NCBI GenBank assembly: GCA_964609095.1
Contig: CAZSQN010000004.1
Location: 14,663 to 78,281 of the forward strand
Length of the DNA: 63,619 nt
Source of the DNA: an uncultured Gammaproteobacteria bacterium
Lineage (GTDB): Bacteria; Patescibacteriota; Patescibacteriia; CAZSQN01
Direction of reading: 5' to 3'
The position numbers and the translations under genes are program-made. Below are positions 55,360 through 63,619 of the stretch, piece after piece. Position 1 is the stretch's first letter, and each line of letters begins with the position of its first letter. The notes below the pieces were generated by a model. That model was not told the origin of the DNA and did not search any database. It was given only the letters and a program-made list of their open reading frames with translations.

Positions 55360-55914
55360 ATGCCCGAAGAAGAGCAGAAAGATTTAGAAATCAGTTTTCC
55401 CGAAGACATCCTCAAGATGGCGCAGGAGTTCAAAATGCGAAGATTGGAAAAGGAAATTCGTAAAATACGAGAAGAGTTTTTAAGAAGGCAAGAAGCCGCG
55501 CGCCTCAAAACCGAGAGGGTAAAGACGGGCTTGGCGTTCGCGAAAAAGGTATTTGCCTGGGCAAAGTCCTTTAGAGAAAGCGAAGCCGGCAAGGAGCTGA
55601 TGCGAGTATCCCATATTCCCACGGATTATCAGAACATTTTCTTTTTTGACGGACACGTTGCGGGAACTGAATGGGTTGAATTGGTGGTTACGCCTCAAGG
55701 ATTGTTTTTGGATAATGACGGGAAGATGTCTTGTTTGTTCCGCAAAGAGATTAATTCCCCTCGGGAATTAGCGGCTTCTCTTGATACGAGAATCCTTAAA
55801 GAATCCTGCGAATGGATTGATGACGGCCGAGTTTGGGAATGCATCAAGCGCCGCTTTGCCTATTTGGACGAGAGAGAAAGTAAGAGACGAGAAAGGAAAA
55901 GTAAGACCGACTAA
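55360..55914 (+). CDS. Hypothetical protein (coiled-coil-like N-terminus)
   Basis: 184 aa with SD gaaaggagatgag. Bracketed by a 14-bp direct repeat (55177-55190 and 55945-55958). Confidence 0.6.
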   Translation: MPEEEQKDLEISFPEDILKMAQEFKMRRLEKEIRKIREEFLRRQEAARLKTERVKTGLAFAKKVFAWAKSFRESEAGKELMRVSHIPTDYQNIFFFDGHVAGTEWVELVVTPQGLFLDNDGKMSCLFRKEINSPRELAASLDTRILKESCEWIDDGRVWECIKRRFAYLDERESKRRERKSKTD

Positions 55915-55958
55915 TCAGTCGGTTTTTTAATTTTAACGTTCAATTGCCCCTAAACCGA

Positions 55959-56267
55959 TTATTTAATAATAAAAAATAGCCAAGTACCAACTGTGACGAC
56001 TTCTAATATTATTCTGACAAAGATTCTTTTACCTCCTTTTAAATTGATTTCATCAAAAGTTCTAAATATAATATGCCCTATAAGTCCATATGTGAAAGTG
56101 ATAAAACCGACATAAAGATAAGTCGGATTAGGATCGTATTTTAATGCAAAAATGGAGAATGTTGCAGCAATTACAACTATCCATAAATACGAACTAATCT
56201 CTTTAACATCTGCTTTAATATTATTAAACATATATTTTGTAATTAGATAAATAAGAACGTGCCTCAA
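55959..56267 (-). CDS. Small membrane protein, AT-rich; start uncertain
   Basis: 102 aa with 3 hydrophobic helices. The track start is a TTG codon, and an internal ATG (MFNNIK) is an alternative. Confidence 0.45.
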   Translation of the reverse strand: MRHVLIYLITKYMFNNIKADVKEISSYLWIVVIAATFSIFALKYDPNPTYLYVGFITFTYGLIGHIIFRTFDEINLKGGKRIFVRIILEVVTVGTWLFFIIK

Positions 56268-56301
56268 GTTTAGCCGTAAAACAGCGATTTGCGCAAGAAT
56301 G
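56266..56301. repeat. 36-bp perfect direct repeat, copy 1
   Basis: aagtttagccgtaaaacagcgatttgcgcaagaatg recurs exactly at 58986-59021. Confidence 0.9.
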
Positions 56302-56318
56302 GAGCGAAGGTTTTGTGC

Positions 56319-56347
56319 TTGACATAATCATCAATTTTTGATAAGGT
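56319..56347 (+). promoter_or_regulatory. Candidate promoter for the 438-aa ORF
   Basis: TTGACA-taatcatcaatttttga(17)-TAAGGT. Confidence 0.4.
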
Positions 56348-56421
56348 TTAATGCCAAGTTTGCTATAGTGGCCGGCTTGGTGCGTAATCCCAAAACCCTA
56401 AAAAGGGAAGGGAGTTTCACA

Positions 56422-57735
56422 ATGGAACAAGAGAAGAAGAACCACCCGAACGCGATGGCTTTTTATAATCCGCAGGGTTTCGTCCCTGCCTTCAAGCATG
56501 CCAGGGCGTTTGCCGGCAAAGATGGTCGTGTGGCTACGCTCCCCGACATCATTGCGGCCAGGCTCACGACAGCTCCCGGAGATTACCCGTGGGAGGCCTA
56601 TTTCACGACTATGTCGGCGGAGTATGTCGGTCTTTCCGCAGATGGCAACCCGATTGCGATCGTGACGCACGGCATTGGACCGATGGTCACGCTCGACGGA
56701 GTTCTTAAGGCCTATAGCCACGAGTTCAATGACAAGGAGCGCAACCGCCGCGGCGGCCGCATTTCTACAGATGAGTTCCGTAAGCTTGAGAGCGGCGCGT
56801 ACGGCGAGGTCGTTGTCGTTGATCTTTCTGCCATGTGGAGCCGTCGCCGTTATCAGTTCAGCGGTCATGCGATCACCGCCAAGGAGATTATGGAAGAATT
56901 GCTCTGGCAGGCCCGTCTTGGTAAGCAGTGGGAGGCCTACGTCGAGCACCATTCCAAGTTCGCCAATGACTTCCACCGCGAACGGCACGAGGGCCCCTAT
57001 GCCCGGCCGTGCATCATCGCGATGGACGGTGCGGCCAACTGTAGCTACTATAACCGCGAAATGTTTGATCACTGGATGAAGACGACGCCAAATACGGCCA
57101 TCGCGCACCTTCTTTCTATCGGCGGACTCATGAATTCGCACCACCAGTACGACGACGAGTGCGAGGAAAATCGCACCAGCCTGGCTTCTGATGTAAGCTG
57201 CCACGAATGGTGGAACGGCACGCGCTTGCTTGGCGTACGGCCGGGCGATGAGCTCGTTGTCCATCCGGGACTCCCGGACTATGAAGAGCTGGTGAAGAAA
57301 CATCTTGAGAATCTTTGGGGCTCGAACCCTTGGGGAAGCAAGGGAACAAGCAGCGGCTTCTGGCACCTCGTGCGGGTGGGCAAACAGTATTTTACTGACT
57401 ACCCGAAGCAGGGTGAACGATTGGATAACAGCGAGCCCGAGTTTCTTGTCACGAAGATTGAAAAGATCGCCGAAGGCCCGAAGCGTTTTCGCACGACCGT
57501 CGGCGGTTATCACGGCTTCTTCAAATATGGAATCGACGAGGTGAGGCGCATTGCTCCTCTGGGGGCTAATGCCTACACGGTCGGCGATATACAGATTGAG
57601 TGGAAGGACGGAAATCCGACGCACCACGTCGCGTCCGTTACTTTCTACAAGGTAGAGGCAGATACTTCCCGGCGGCTGGTTCGCATGGATGATATCTATC
57701 GCGACTTTGACCTCATGATGTCGCTCGTCGACTAA
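56422..57735 (+). CDS. Hypothetical 438-aa protein, G+C-richer than its neighbours
   Basis: Starts MEQEKKNHPNAMAFYN after GGGAAGGGAG. Composition looks globular and no motif was recognised. The antisense 409-aa ORF is Arg-rich and rejected. Confidence 0.7.
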   Translation: MEQEKKNHPNAMAFYNPQGFVPAFKHARAFAGKDGRVATLPDIIAARLTTAPGDYPWEAYFTTMSAEYVGLSADGNPIAIVTHGIGPMVTLDGVLKAYSHEFNDKERNRRGGRISTDEFRKLESGAYGEVVVVDLSAMWSRRRYQFSGHAITAKEIMEELLWQARLGKQWEAYVEHHSKFANDFHRERHEGPYARPCIIAMDGAANCSYYNREMFDHWMKTTPNTAIAHLLSIGGLMNSHHQYDDECEENRTSLASDVSCHEWWNGTRLLGVRPGDELVVHPGLPDYEELVKKHLENLWGSNPWGSKGTSSGFWHLVRVGKQYFTDYPKQGERLDNSEPEFLVTKIEKIAEGPKRFRTTVGGYHGFFKYGIDEVRRIAPLGANAYTVGDIQIEWKDGNPTHHVASVTFYKVEADTSRRLVRMDDIYRDFDLMMSLVD

Positions 57736-57872
57736 AAAGTTAGAAAATATTTAATCGTTCTTTATTTCACTGCGCCGCTTTAACCTTAGGGTTGAGGCGG
57801 TTTTTTTTATTAAACAAATATATTTTAAAAAAGAGGAGACATGGTGTCTCCTCATTGAATTGGAAGCTGGTT

Positions 57873-58106
57873 TTATGGCAGGTTTTTCGCCGCTCTTATT
57901 TTTCGAACAATCTCCCGCATGTGCTTGACCGCTTCGCTTGAAGATTTAAAGATCGGTTTTGAAGAAACCAGCATGGTATGAAAAGAGCCATCATGATACA
58001 GATTTATCGCCCCCGCCCACTTGCCGGTCTTTTTGTCCCGGCCGATGGATTCGCAGCGGATGTTGTTGCCTTGATTCTGAATAACAAGCGCGGTATAGAG
58101 CGTCAT
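57873..58106 (-). CDS. Hypothetical small protein
   Basis: 77 aa with an AAGGAGG SD 6 nt upstream. Confidence 0.6.
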   Translation of the reverse strand: MTLYTALVIQNQGNNIRCESIGRDKKTGKWAGAINLYHDGSFHTMLVSSKPIFKSSSEAVKHMREIVRKIRAAKNLP

Positions 58107-58190
58107 GGCACGCCTCCTTTTGCCGGTTGAATGTAGCTTCCTCGGTTAAGTTTAGACTTAAAATGGTCGTTTGCGCAATAAGCCGGGCGT

Positions 58191-58922
58191 TCAGATATGT
58201 AAGTCTTTTCCAATATATTTTTTAAATGATTTAGTGAGCAATTTTTTACTTTTTTCAGTAATTTTTACAGACAAGAATTTTAATTCTTTATTTTTTAAAG
58301 TATCAATGGTTCTGAGCATATGGGTTGTTAAGATATATCTATCGGAGTTTAAAAGATCAATCAAACAATTTACTCCGTTTTTCTTATAATAATAGTCATT
58401 AGCCTCTGATTCTCGGTACTTGCCGCCTTTTAAATTTATAACCGAGAAGAAATTAACTTTGTTCGTAATATCTTTTAAGATCTTTAAAGACGCTTTTAAT
58501 GTTGTTTTGGTAACTATTGAGTCGTCAATCATTAAAAACGTATATTTTTTAAATTTTAATTTGTCTTCATTTTTCACCTCGGGTAAAAAGTAGGACGGTA
58601 TATTTCTGTCGCGATTAAGGTCGTAGAATGTTTTTTTGTTATAACAATATCTATATTCTCCGATAACTAAGGGCAGCTTTAATTTTTCGGCAATTTTTTC
58701 AGCTAATATTAAGGAATTTTTCTTATAAAAATTTTTTGTTGGAAATTTATTTGTTGTATATATAACGTAATTTTGTTTTTTTGATATTTGCCCAAGAATA
58801 AGTTCAGCCATTTCTTCTGCTAAATAATCTATGAGGCTTACGCATCCAAATTTAAATTTTGAATATTCTTCAATTACGCGGTCGCCCGAGTTTTTATAAA
58901 GGGATGTTATCTTAGCTCTCAT
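58191..58922 (-). CDS. Phosphoribosyltransferase (PRTase)-like protein
   Basis: 243 aa, very AT-rich. KYTFLMIDDSIVTKTTLKAS resembles the PRPP-binding loop (hydrophobic run-DD-x-x-T-x-x-T). Confidence 0.45.
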   Translation of the reverse strand: MRAKITSLYKNSGDRVIEEYSKFKFGCVSLIDYLAEEMAELILGQISKKQNYVIYTTNKFPTKNFYKKNSLILAEKIAEKLKLPLVIGEYRYCYNKKTFYDLNRDRNIPSYFLPEVKNEDKLKFKKYTFLMIDDSIVTKTTLKASLKILKDITNKVNFFSVINLKGGKYRESEANDYYYKKNGVNCLIDLLNSDRYILTTHMLRTIDTLKNKELKFLSVKITEKSKKLLTKSFKKYIGKDLHI

Positions 58923-58985
58923 AAATTTAATTATTTATAATCTTGAATTTCATTAGGATTGCCATCTGGGTTGGCGCAATGTTTT

Positions 58986-59021
58986 AAGTTTAGCCGTAAA
59001 ACAGCGATTTGCGCAAGAATG
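58986..59021. repeat. 36-bp perfect direct repeat, copy 2
   Basis: Identical to 56266-56301. Confidence 0.9.
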
Positions 59022-59143
59022 AGACTGGACGCTTAAAGCTACAAGCTATAAGCCAGGTAGTAGAACTTTGTTTCACTACCTGGTAAGCTGAAAGCGTTAA
59101 TATCTAAACGCTGAACGCTAATAAGAAATCACTTTATTATAGT

Positions 59144-59232
59144 AATGCCTATTGTATAGGCATTAAGCGCGAACGAGACACGCGCGAAAGTGAGGGCAAA
59201 GCCCGAACGGGAGCGGCGTGTCGGAAGTGAGC
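59144..59232 (+). promoter_or_regulatory. Conserved structured leader, copy 2 (abuts the yebC-type ATG)
   Basis: 9-bp hairpin aatgcctat-tgt-ataggcatt, then AAGCGC..CGAGACACGCGCGAAAGTGAGGGCAAAGCCCGAACGGGAGCGGCGTGTCGGAAGTGAGC-ATG. Confidence 0.6.
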
Positions 59233-59964
59233 ATGAGCAGGCATTCTAAGTGGAGCAAGATTAAGCGTCAAAAGGGCATGGCAGATGTTGCCAAGGGCAA
59301 AGTTTTTACCAAGCTGGGCAAAGCTATAACTATTACGGCGCGCGAGCGCGGCGGCGACCCGGGAACAAACTTTGGTTTGCGTTTGGCCATAGACAAGGCG
59401 CGCGAAGCCAATATGCCCAAAGATAATATAGAGAAAGCAATTGCGCGCGGCACGGGCGTTGGCGCGGATGTCTCTATGATAGAAGAAGTGGTTTACGAGG
59501 GTTATTTGCCGGGTGGAGCTGCTCTTATGGTTTCCGCGCTTACAGACAGCCGCAATCGGACCACCTCCAACATCAAGCATGTCTTGTCCAAATACGGCGG
59601 AAACCTGGGCGGCATGGGCTCGGTTTCCTGGATGTTTGAGAAGAAAGGAGTCATTAAAATAAAATTGGAATCAATTGCCAATAAGGGTAAAGAAACAGCC
59701 GAATTTGAGCTCATTGATGCCGGAGCTGATGACATAAAAGAAGAGGACGGAGCAGTGGTTGTATATATAGGAGCGGATAAGCTTCAATCTGGCCGCGAGG
59801 CGATATTCGCCCTTGGCTACGAAATAGAGTCAGCCGAGCTGGAGCAGGTTCCCAAAAATCTTGTTAAGATAGAAGACGAAGCCAGTCGAAGCGGTATAGA
59901 AAATATTTTTGAAGCGCTGGACGAAGACGAGGATGTTAATGATTTTTATACCAACATTGAATAG
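59233..59964 (+). CDS. yebC: YebC/PmpR-family transcriptional regulator
   Basis: [38 protein letters not shown]-like N-terminus. 243 aa. Confidence 0.9.
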   Translation: [243 protein letters not shown]

Positions 59965-60038
59965 GGTAGAGGGGCCAGGGTAAAGGGTATAGTTTTAAAA
60001 ACTATTACCTAAACCCTAAACCCTAAACCCTAAACCCT

Positions 60039-60521
60039 ATGGTTATATTGGGCATTGACCCGGGAGTGGAAAGAATGGGCTATGGCATTATTGAATACTC
60101 CGGCGGTACGCATAATCCGCTTTCGCACGGGCTTATAAGCACCTCGCGAAAATTGGAGCATGGCGAGCGTCTGGCAGAGCTTCATACCGCTCTTAAGGAG
60201 CTTATAACCAAGCATAAGCCGGATTTGGTCGCGGTAGAGAAATTATTTTTTTCCAAAAATATAAAAACGGCGATGAGGGTGGGGGAGGCGCGCGGAGTAG
60301 TCATTTTGTCCGCCGCGGAGCAGGGCATTCCGATTGTGGAGCTTACGCCAAACGAGGTTAAGGTGTCAGTTGCCGGATACGGCAAGGCGGACAAGCGCCA
60401 GGTTCAAAAAATGATTACGACTCTTTTGAATTTAAAAGAAACGCCAAAGCCGGATGATGTTTCCGATGCTCTGGCTATTGCGTTTACGGGCGCATTTTAT
60501 AAAAAAATAAAATTATCATGA
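60039..60521 (+). CDS. ruvC: Holliday junction resolvase RuvC
   Basis: MVILGIDPGVERMGYGIIE and a C-terminal DDVSDALAIA. 160 aa. Confidence 0.9.
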   Translation: MVILGIDPGVERMGYGIIEYSGGTHNPLSHGLISTSRKLEHGERLAELHTALKELITKHKPDLVAVEKLFFSKNIKTAMRVGEARGVVILSAAEQGIPIVELTPNEVKVSVAGYGKADKRQVQKMITTLLNLKETPKPDDVSDALAIAFTGAFYKKIKLS

Positions 60522-61501
60522 GCGTTGATATTTTTGAACATATTGCCAAATCCAATGCTCCTCCCAAGCGGTCCGAGATAAGAAAGGACTATATACAGGA
60601 GAAGTACGTGATTATCGCCCCGCTCCGCGCAAAGAGGCCGGATGCGAATAATATTTTGGCGCGTCCCAAGGCGGAGGCAAGCGAAAGCAAAACCTGCGTT
60701 TTTTGCCCCGATAGCGTGAATAAAAGAAAGGACGCTATTTTGCGCGTTCCGTTTGGCGCGGGAGCTGATTGGGATGCGATTGTGCTCCCTAATATCTTTT
60801 CGGCAGTATCCTTGGACAACAAGCGCGCTTACGGCAAGCAGGAAGTGGTGGTGGAGAGTCCCAAGCACGACCGGGATTTTGAAGATTTGACCAAGGAAGA
60901 AATATCCAAGATTTTTGAAATCTATTCCAAAAGGACGGAAGTCCTTTCTAAACTTAAGAAGATACAGTACGTCCTGATTTTTAAAAACAGCGGAGGCAAG
61001 GCCGGCGCTACAATCCGGCACGTCCATTCGCAGATTTTCGCGACCTCGTTTTTGCCGCCGCATATTTTGGACAAGTCCGCCCGCGCGATGGCCTTCCGCT
61101 TTAAATACAAAACCTGCCCTTATTGCGAGGTGGTCGCGCTGGAGCGCGAGGGCGCCAGGTTTATAGCCGAAAGCCGGGGAGTGGCGGCCTTTGCTCCTTA
61201 TGCCTCTATGCATAATTACGAGGTCTGGATAATGCCTAAGCGCCACTTGGACAGCATTGTGGACTTGAATGAAGACGAGAGGCTTGGCATGGCCGAGCTT
61301 TTGAAGCGGGTAGTGGGTAAGATAACGGATTTGAAGATGGCTTATAACTATTACTTCCACCAGATAGTCTCCGATGCCGACCAGCACCTTTACCTTAAGG
61401 TTACCCCGCGCGGGAGCGTTTGGGCCGGGGTGGAGATAGGCTCGGGGCTAATCATTAACCCGGTTTCTCCCGAAGACGCGGCGGAATATTTCAGGTCTTG
61501 A
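60518..61501 (+). CDS. GalT/HIT-superfamily nucleotidyltransferase (galactose-1-phosphate uridylyltransferase-like)
   Basis: 327 aa. CVFCPDS zinc motif and HVHSQIF (HxHxQ). ATGA overlap with ruvC. Confidence 0.65.
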   Translation: MSVDIFEHIAKSNAPPKRSEIRKDYIQEKYVIIAPLRAKRPDANNILARPKAEASESKTCVFCPDSVNKRKDAILRVPFGAGADWDAIVLPNIFSAVSLDNKRAYGKQEVVVESPKHDRDFEDLTKEEISKIFEIYSKRTEVLSKLKKIQYVLIFKNSGGKAGATIRHVHSQIFATSFLPPHILDKSARAMAFRFKYKTCPYCEVVALEREGARFIAESRGVAAFAPYASMHNYEVWIMPKRHLDSIVDLNEDERLGMAELLKRVVGKITDLKMAYNYYFHQIVSDADQHLYLKVTPRGSVWAGVEIGSGLIINPVSPEDAAEYFRS

Positions 61502-61709
61502 AATAATTTTATATTCGTGTAAACTATCCATAGTTGGAGGCATTTTTTATTTAGGGCGATTAGCTCCCGCCTCTCTTCCCGCCGCAGATACCATTCGGGA
61601 ATTTAAGCACTTTATGTTCGGCGGGCAGGCAGTCGGTTACCCCAGTACACGAACAAGTTCTGTACGGGGCATGGAGCGCTCGTCTGTACAACCTATGCAA
61701 TGCTCTGGT

Positions 61710-61786
61710 GGGCGATTAGCTCAGTCGGTTAGAGCGCGTCACTGATAATGACGAGGTCCCTGGTTCGATTCCAGGATCGCCCACCA
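61710..61786 (+). tRNA. tRNA-Ile (anticodon GAT), CCA encoded
   Basis: gggcgattagctcagtcggttagagcgcgtcactgataatgacgaggtccctggttcgattccaggatcgcccacca. The leader gctctggt and trailer accagagc are complementary. Confidence 0.9.
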
Positions 61787-61831
61787 GAGCATTGGGGTAG
61801 CTCAGTGGTAGAGTCCCGCACAAATGCCAGG

Positions 61832-61903
61832 GCCAGGGTAGCTCAGTGGTAGAGCGAAGGACTGAAAATCCTTGCGTCGAGAGTTCAATTCTCTCCCCTG
61901 GCA
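61832..61903 (+). tRNA. tRNA-Phe (anticodon GAA)
   Basis: gccaggg-ta-gctcagtggtagagc-g-aaggactgaaaatcctt-gcgtc-gagagttcaattctctc-ccctggc-a. Bracketed by the 10-bp helix cccgcacaaa / tttgtgcggg. Confidence 0.88.
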
Positions 61904-62005
61904 TTTGTGCGGGATAAACTCCGGACTGAAAATTTTACCCCGTACTTCACGAAGTGATAGTATGGGGCCTTGCGTAGCCAGTCCGATTCTGGCCTCCGGC
62001 ACCAT

Positions 62006-62080
62006 CGGGGTGTGGCCTAATGGTAAGGCACTTGCTTTGGGAGCAAGGGATTCCGAGTTCGAGTCTCGGCACCCCGACCA
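62006..62080 (+). tRNA. tRNA-Pro (anticodon TGG), CCA encoded
   Basis: cggggtgtggcctaatggtaaggcacttgctttgggagcaagggattccgagttcgagtctcggcaccccgacca. Confidence 0.9.
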
Positions 62081-62243
62081 TAGATGGAAAAAGCTAAAGC
62101 AGGCCAACTGCTTGGCCTGCGTCGAGACGAGAACGCCGGAGCGATGTTTGGCGAGCTTATGGCGAGTCAAACAGCAAGGCGGTGGCTAGGCCGAGGAGGC
62201 GGAAGCCGACGAGAGCTAAAGCCGAGTCTCGGCACCCCGACCA
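62081..62243 (+). repeat. 142-nt insert plus 21-nt duplicate of the tRNA-Pro 3' end
   Basis: cgagtctcggcaccccgacca occurs at 62060-62080 and again at 62223-62243. Confidence 0.85.
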
Positions 62244-62302
62244 TTCGACTTCGTTCGGCATTTTAGGCCTCACTTCGCTCATGGTCTACGACCAATTTAG
62301 AG

Positions 62303-62376
62303 GCGGGCATAGTATAATGGTAATACTACAGGTTTCCAACCTGTTGCTGAGGGTTCGATTCCCTCTGCCCGCTCCA
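62303..62376 (+). tRNA. tRNA-Gly (anticodon TCC), CCA encoded
   Basis: gcgggcatagtataatggtaatactacaggtttccaacctgttgctgagggttcgattccctctgcccgctcca. Confidence 0.9.
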
Positions 62377-62490
62377 AAATTATAAGATTATACGGGAATC
62401 GAATGGCGCGAGTAGAGCCGATGGGCGTCGGCTCGCGTGCGGAGCGCCCAGGCTCGAATCGGAGTGAGAGGATTCCCTCTGCCCGCTCCA
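62377..62490 (+). repeat. tRNA-Gly-linked 95-nt element plus 19-nt duplicate of the tRNA 3' end
   Basis: attccctctgcccgctcca occurs at 62358-62376 and 62472-62490. The insert is homologous to the reverse complement of 22569-22662 (about 7 differences by hand alignment). Confidence 0.85.
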
Positions 62491-62493
62491 AAA

Positions 62494-62519
62494 AATCCCT
62501 GTTTAGTCAGGGATTTTTT
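62494..62519 (+). terminator. Intrinsic terminator closing the tRNA cluster
   Basis: aatccctg-tttagt-cagggatt followed by a T-run, directly after the duplicated tRNA-Gly end. Confidence 0.75.
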
Positions 62520-62545
62520 GTTTGCGAAAAAATAAAAAAAGGCGA

Positions 62546-62728
62546 TTACTCGCCTAATTGCTGTTTTACAAATCTAATAATCAGTTTTTCCAATCGCGGA
62601 GACGGCCTGGATACGCCAGTCGCCCAACGCTCTACTGTTGAATTAGCAACCTCGAACGCGTTCGCGATTTTATTTTGCAATTCAGAATTTTTTTTCAAAG
62701 AACCGGCGATGAAATCCTTAAAAACCAT
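62546..62728 (-). CDS. Small XRE/Cro-type HTH protein
   Basis: 60 aa. ELQNKIANAFEVANSTVERWATGVSRPS looks like an HTH. Confidence 0.5.
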   Translation of the reverse strand: MVFKDFIAGSLKKNSELQNKIANAFEVANSTVERWATGVSRPSPRLEKLIIRFVKQQLGE

Positions 62729-62959
62729 TTTTATCCTCCTTTGTACGTAGTGTAAGCGAATTATAAAGTCTAGTCAATTATAGCAATCTAAAAACCGCCC
62801 TAAAAAAGGCGGTTTTTGGTTTTATTTTGAGATCCACCAAAGGCAGAGTTCCAATTTGTGTATCCTCTATTGTTAGGTTCGGATATCCCAGAACCTAACT
62901 CGACCGGAGATAAAAATTAAAGAAGTGTGAGACCTCTGAAATTTTATGTTTCTCCCTAG

Positions 62960-63619
<660 letters not shown>

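Noticed and set aside
56398-57627. 409-aa minus-strand ORF antisense to the 438-aa gene. Similar long antisense ORFs occur at 19515-20165, 23042-23755, 53099-54052 and 60497-61387.
   Set aside because: They are antisense shadows of well-supported or better-composed genes, with Arg/Ser/Pro/Phe-rich low-complexity translations and no SD-preceded starts.
56266-59021. 36-bp perfect repeat considered as a CRISPR repeat
   Set aside because: There are only two copies, 2.7 kb apart, with genes between them. There is no array of regularly spaced repeats and no cas gene in the window.
60008-60038. (CCCTAAA)4, identical to the plant-type telomere repeat unit
   Set aside because: It is the right arm of an intergenic hairpin (left arm gggta.agggg..gggtaaagggta at 59965-59990) between yebC and ruvC. 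It ends at the ruvC start codon and belongs to the short-period hairpin class seen in other spacers. It is not a chromosome end.

Overview
Overall picture: the window looks like part of a small, gene-dense bacterial genome, probably Patescibacteria/CPR-like. That assignment is an inference from three observations: ORF-bearing inserts in the rRNA genes, a 16S gene unlinked from 23S-5S, and many ORFans.

Backbone features:
- 5S rRNA, and a 23S rRNA (minus strand) interrupted by two LAGLIDADG-encoding intervening sequences.
- The 3' part of a 16S rRNA (minus strand), ~57.6 kb away at the other end of the window.
- Recognisable housekeeping genes: glgA, polX-type polymerase, ychF, rpsF-ssb-rpsR, epmA, efp, recA, ftsK, typA, rpoB, rpoC, yebC-type, ruvC, and a sugar-modification cluster.
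- Seven clear tRNAs.

Accessory features laid over the backbone:
1. A 4.8-kb module (39.26-44.08 kb) of seven small same-strand ORFans. Its coding parts are far more G+C-rich than the rest of the window, and it is bracketed by inverted copies of a ~185-bp hairpin element. The internal core of that element occurs in different inversion states.
2. Stable-RNA genes with duplicated ends bracketing short inserts: 5S, tRNA-Ile, tRNA-Pro and two tRNA-Gly (the two Gly genes carry homologous 95-nt inserts). One intact tRNA-Leu sits inside the anticodon arm of a second tRNA-like gene.
3. A ~90-nt structured leader with compensatory changes, present immediately upstream of both rpoC and the yebC-type gene.
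4. Several gene cassettes bounded by direct repeats. These include a MerR-HTH/GHKL-ATPase plus STAS-like pair, and a 2.7-kb segment carrying a PRTase-like gene.
5. At least three families of palindromic/MITE-like repeats.

Limits: everything was done by eye. RNA ends are approximate (a few nt), identities and G+C values are hand counts on short samples, and no homology search was possible.
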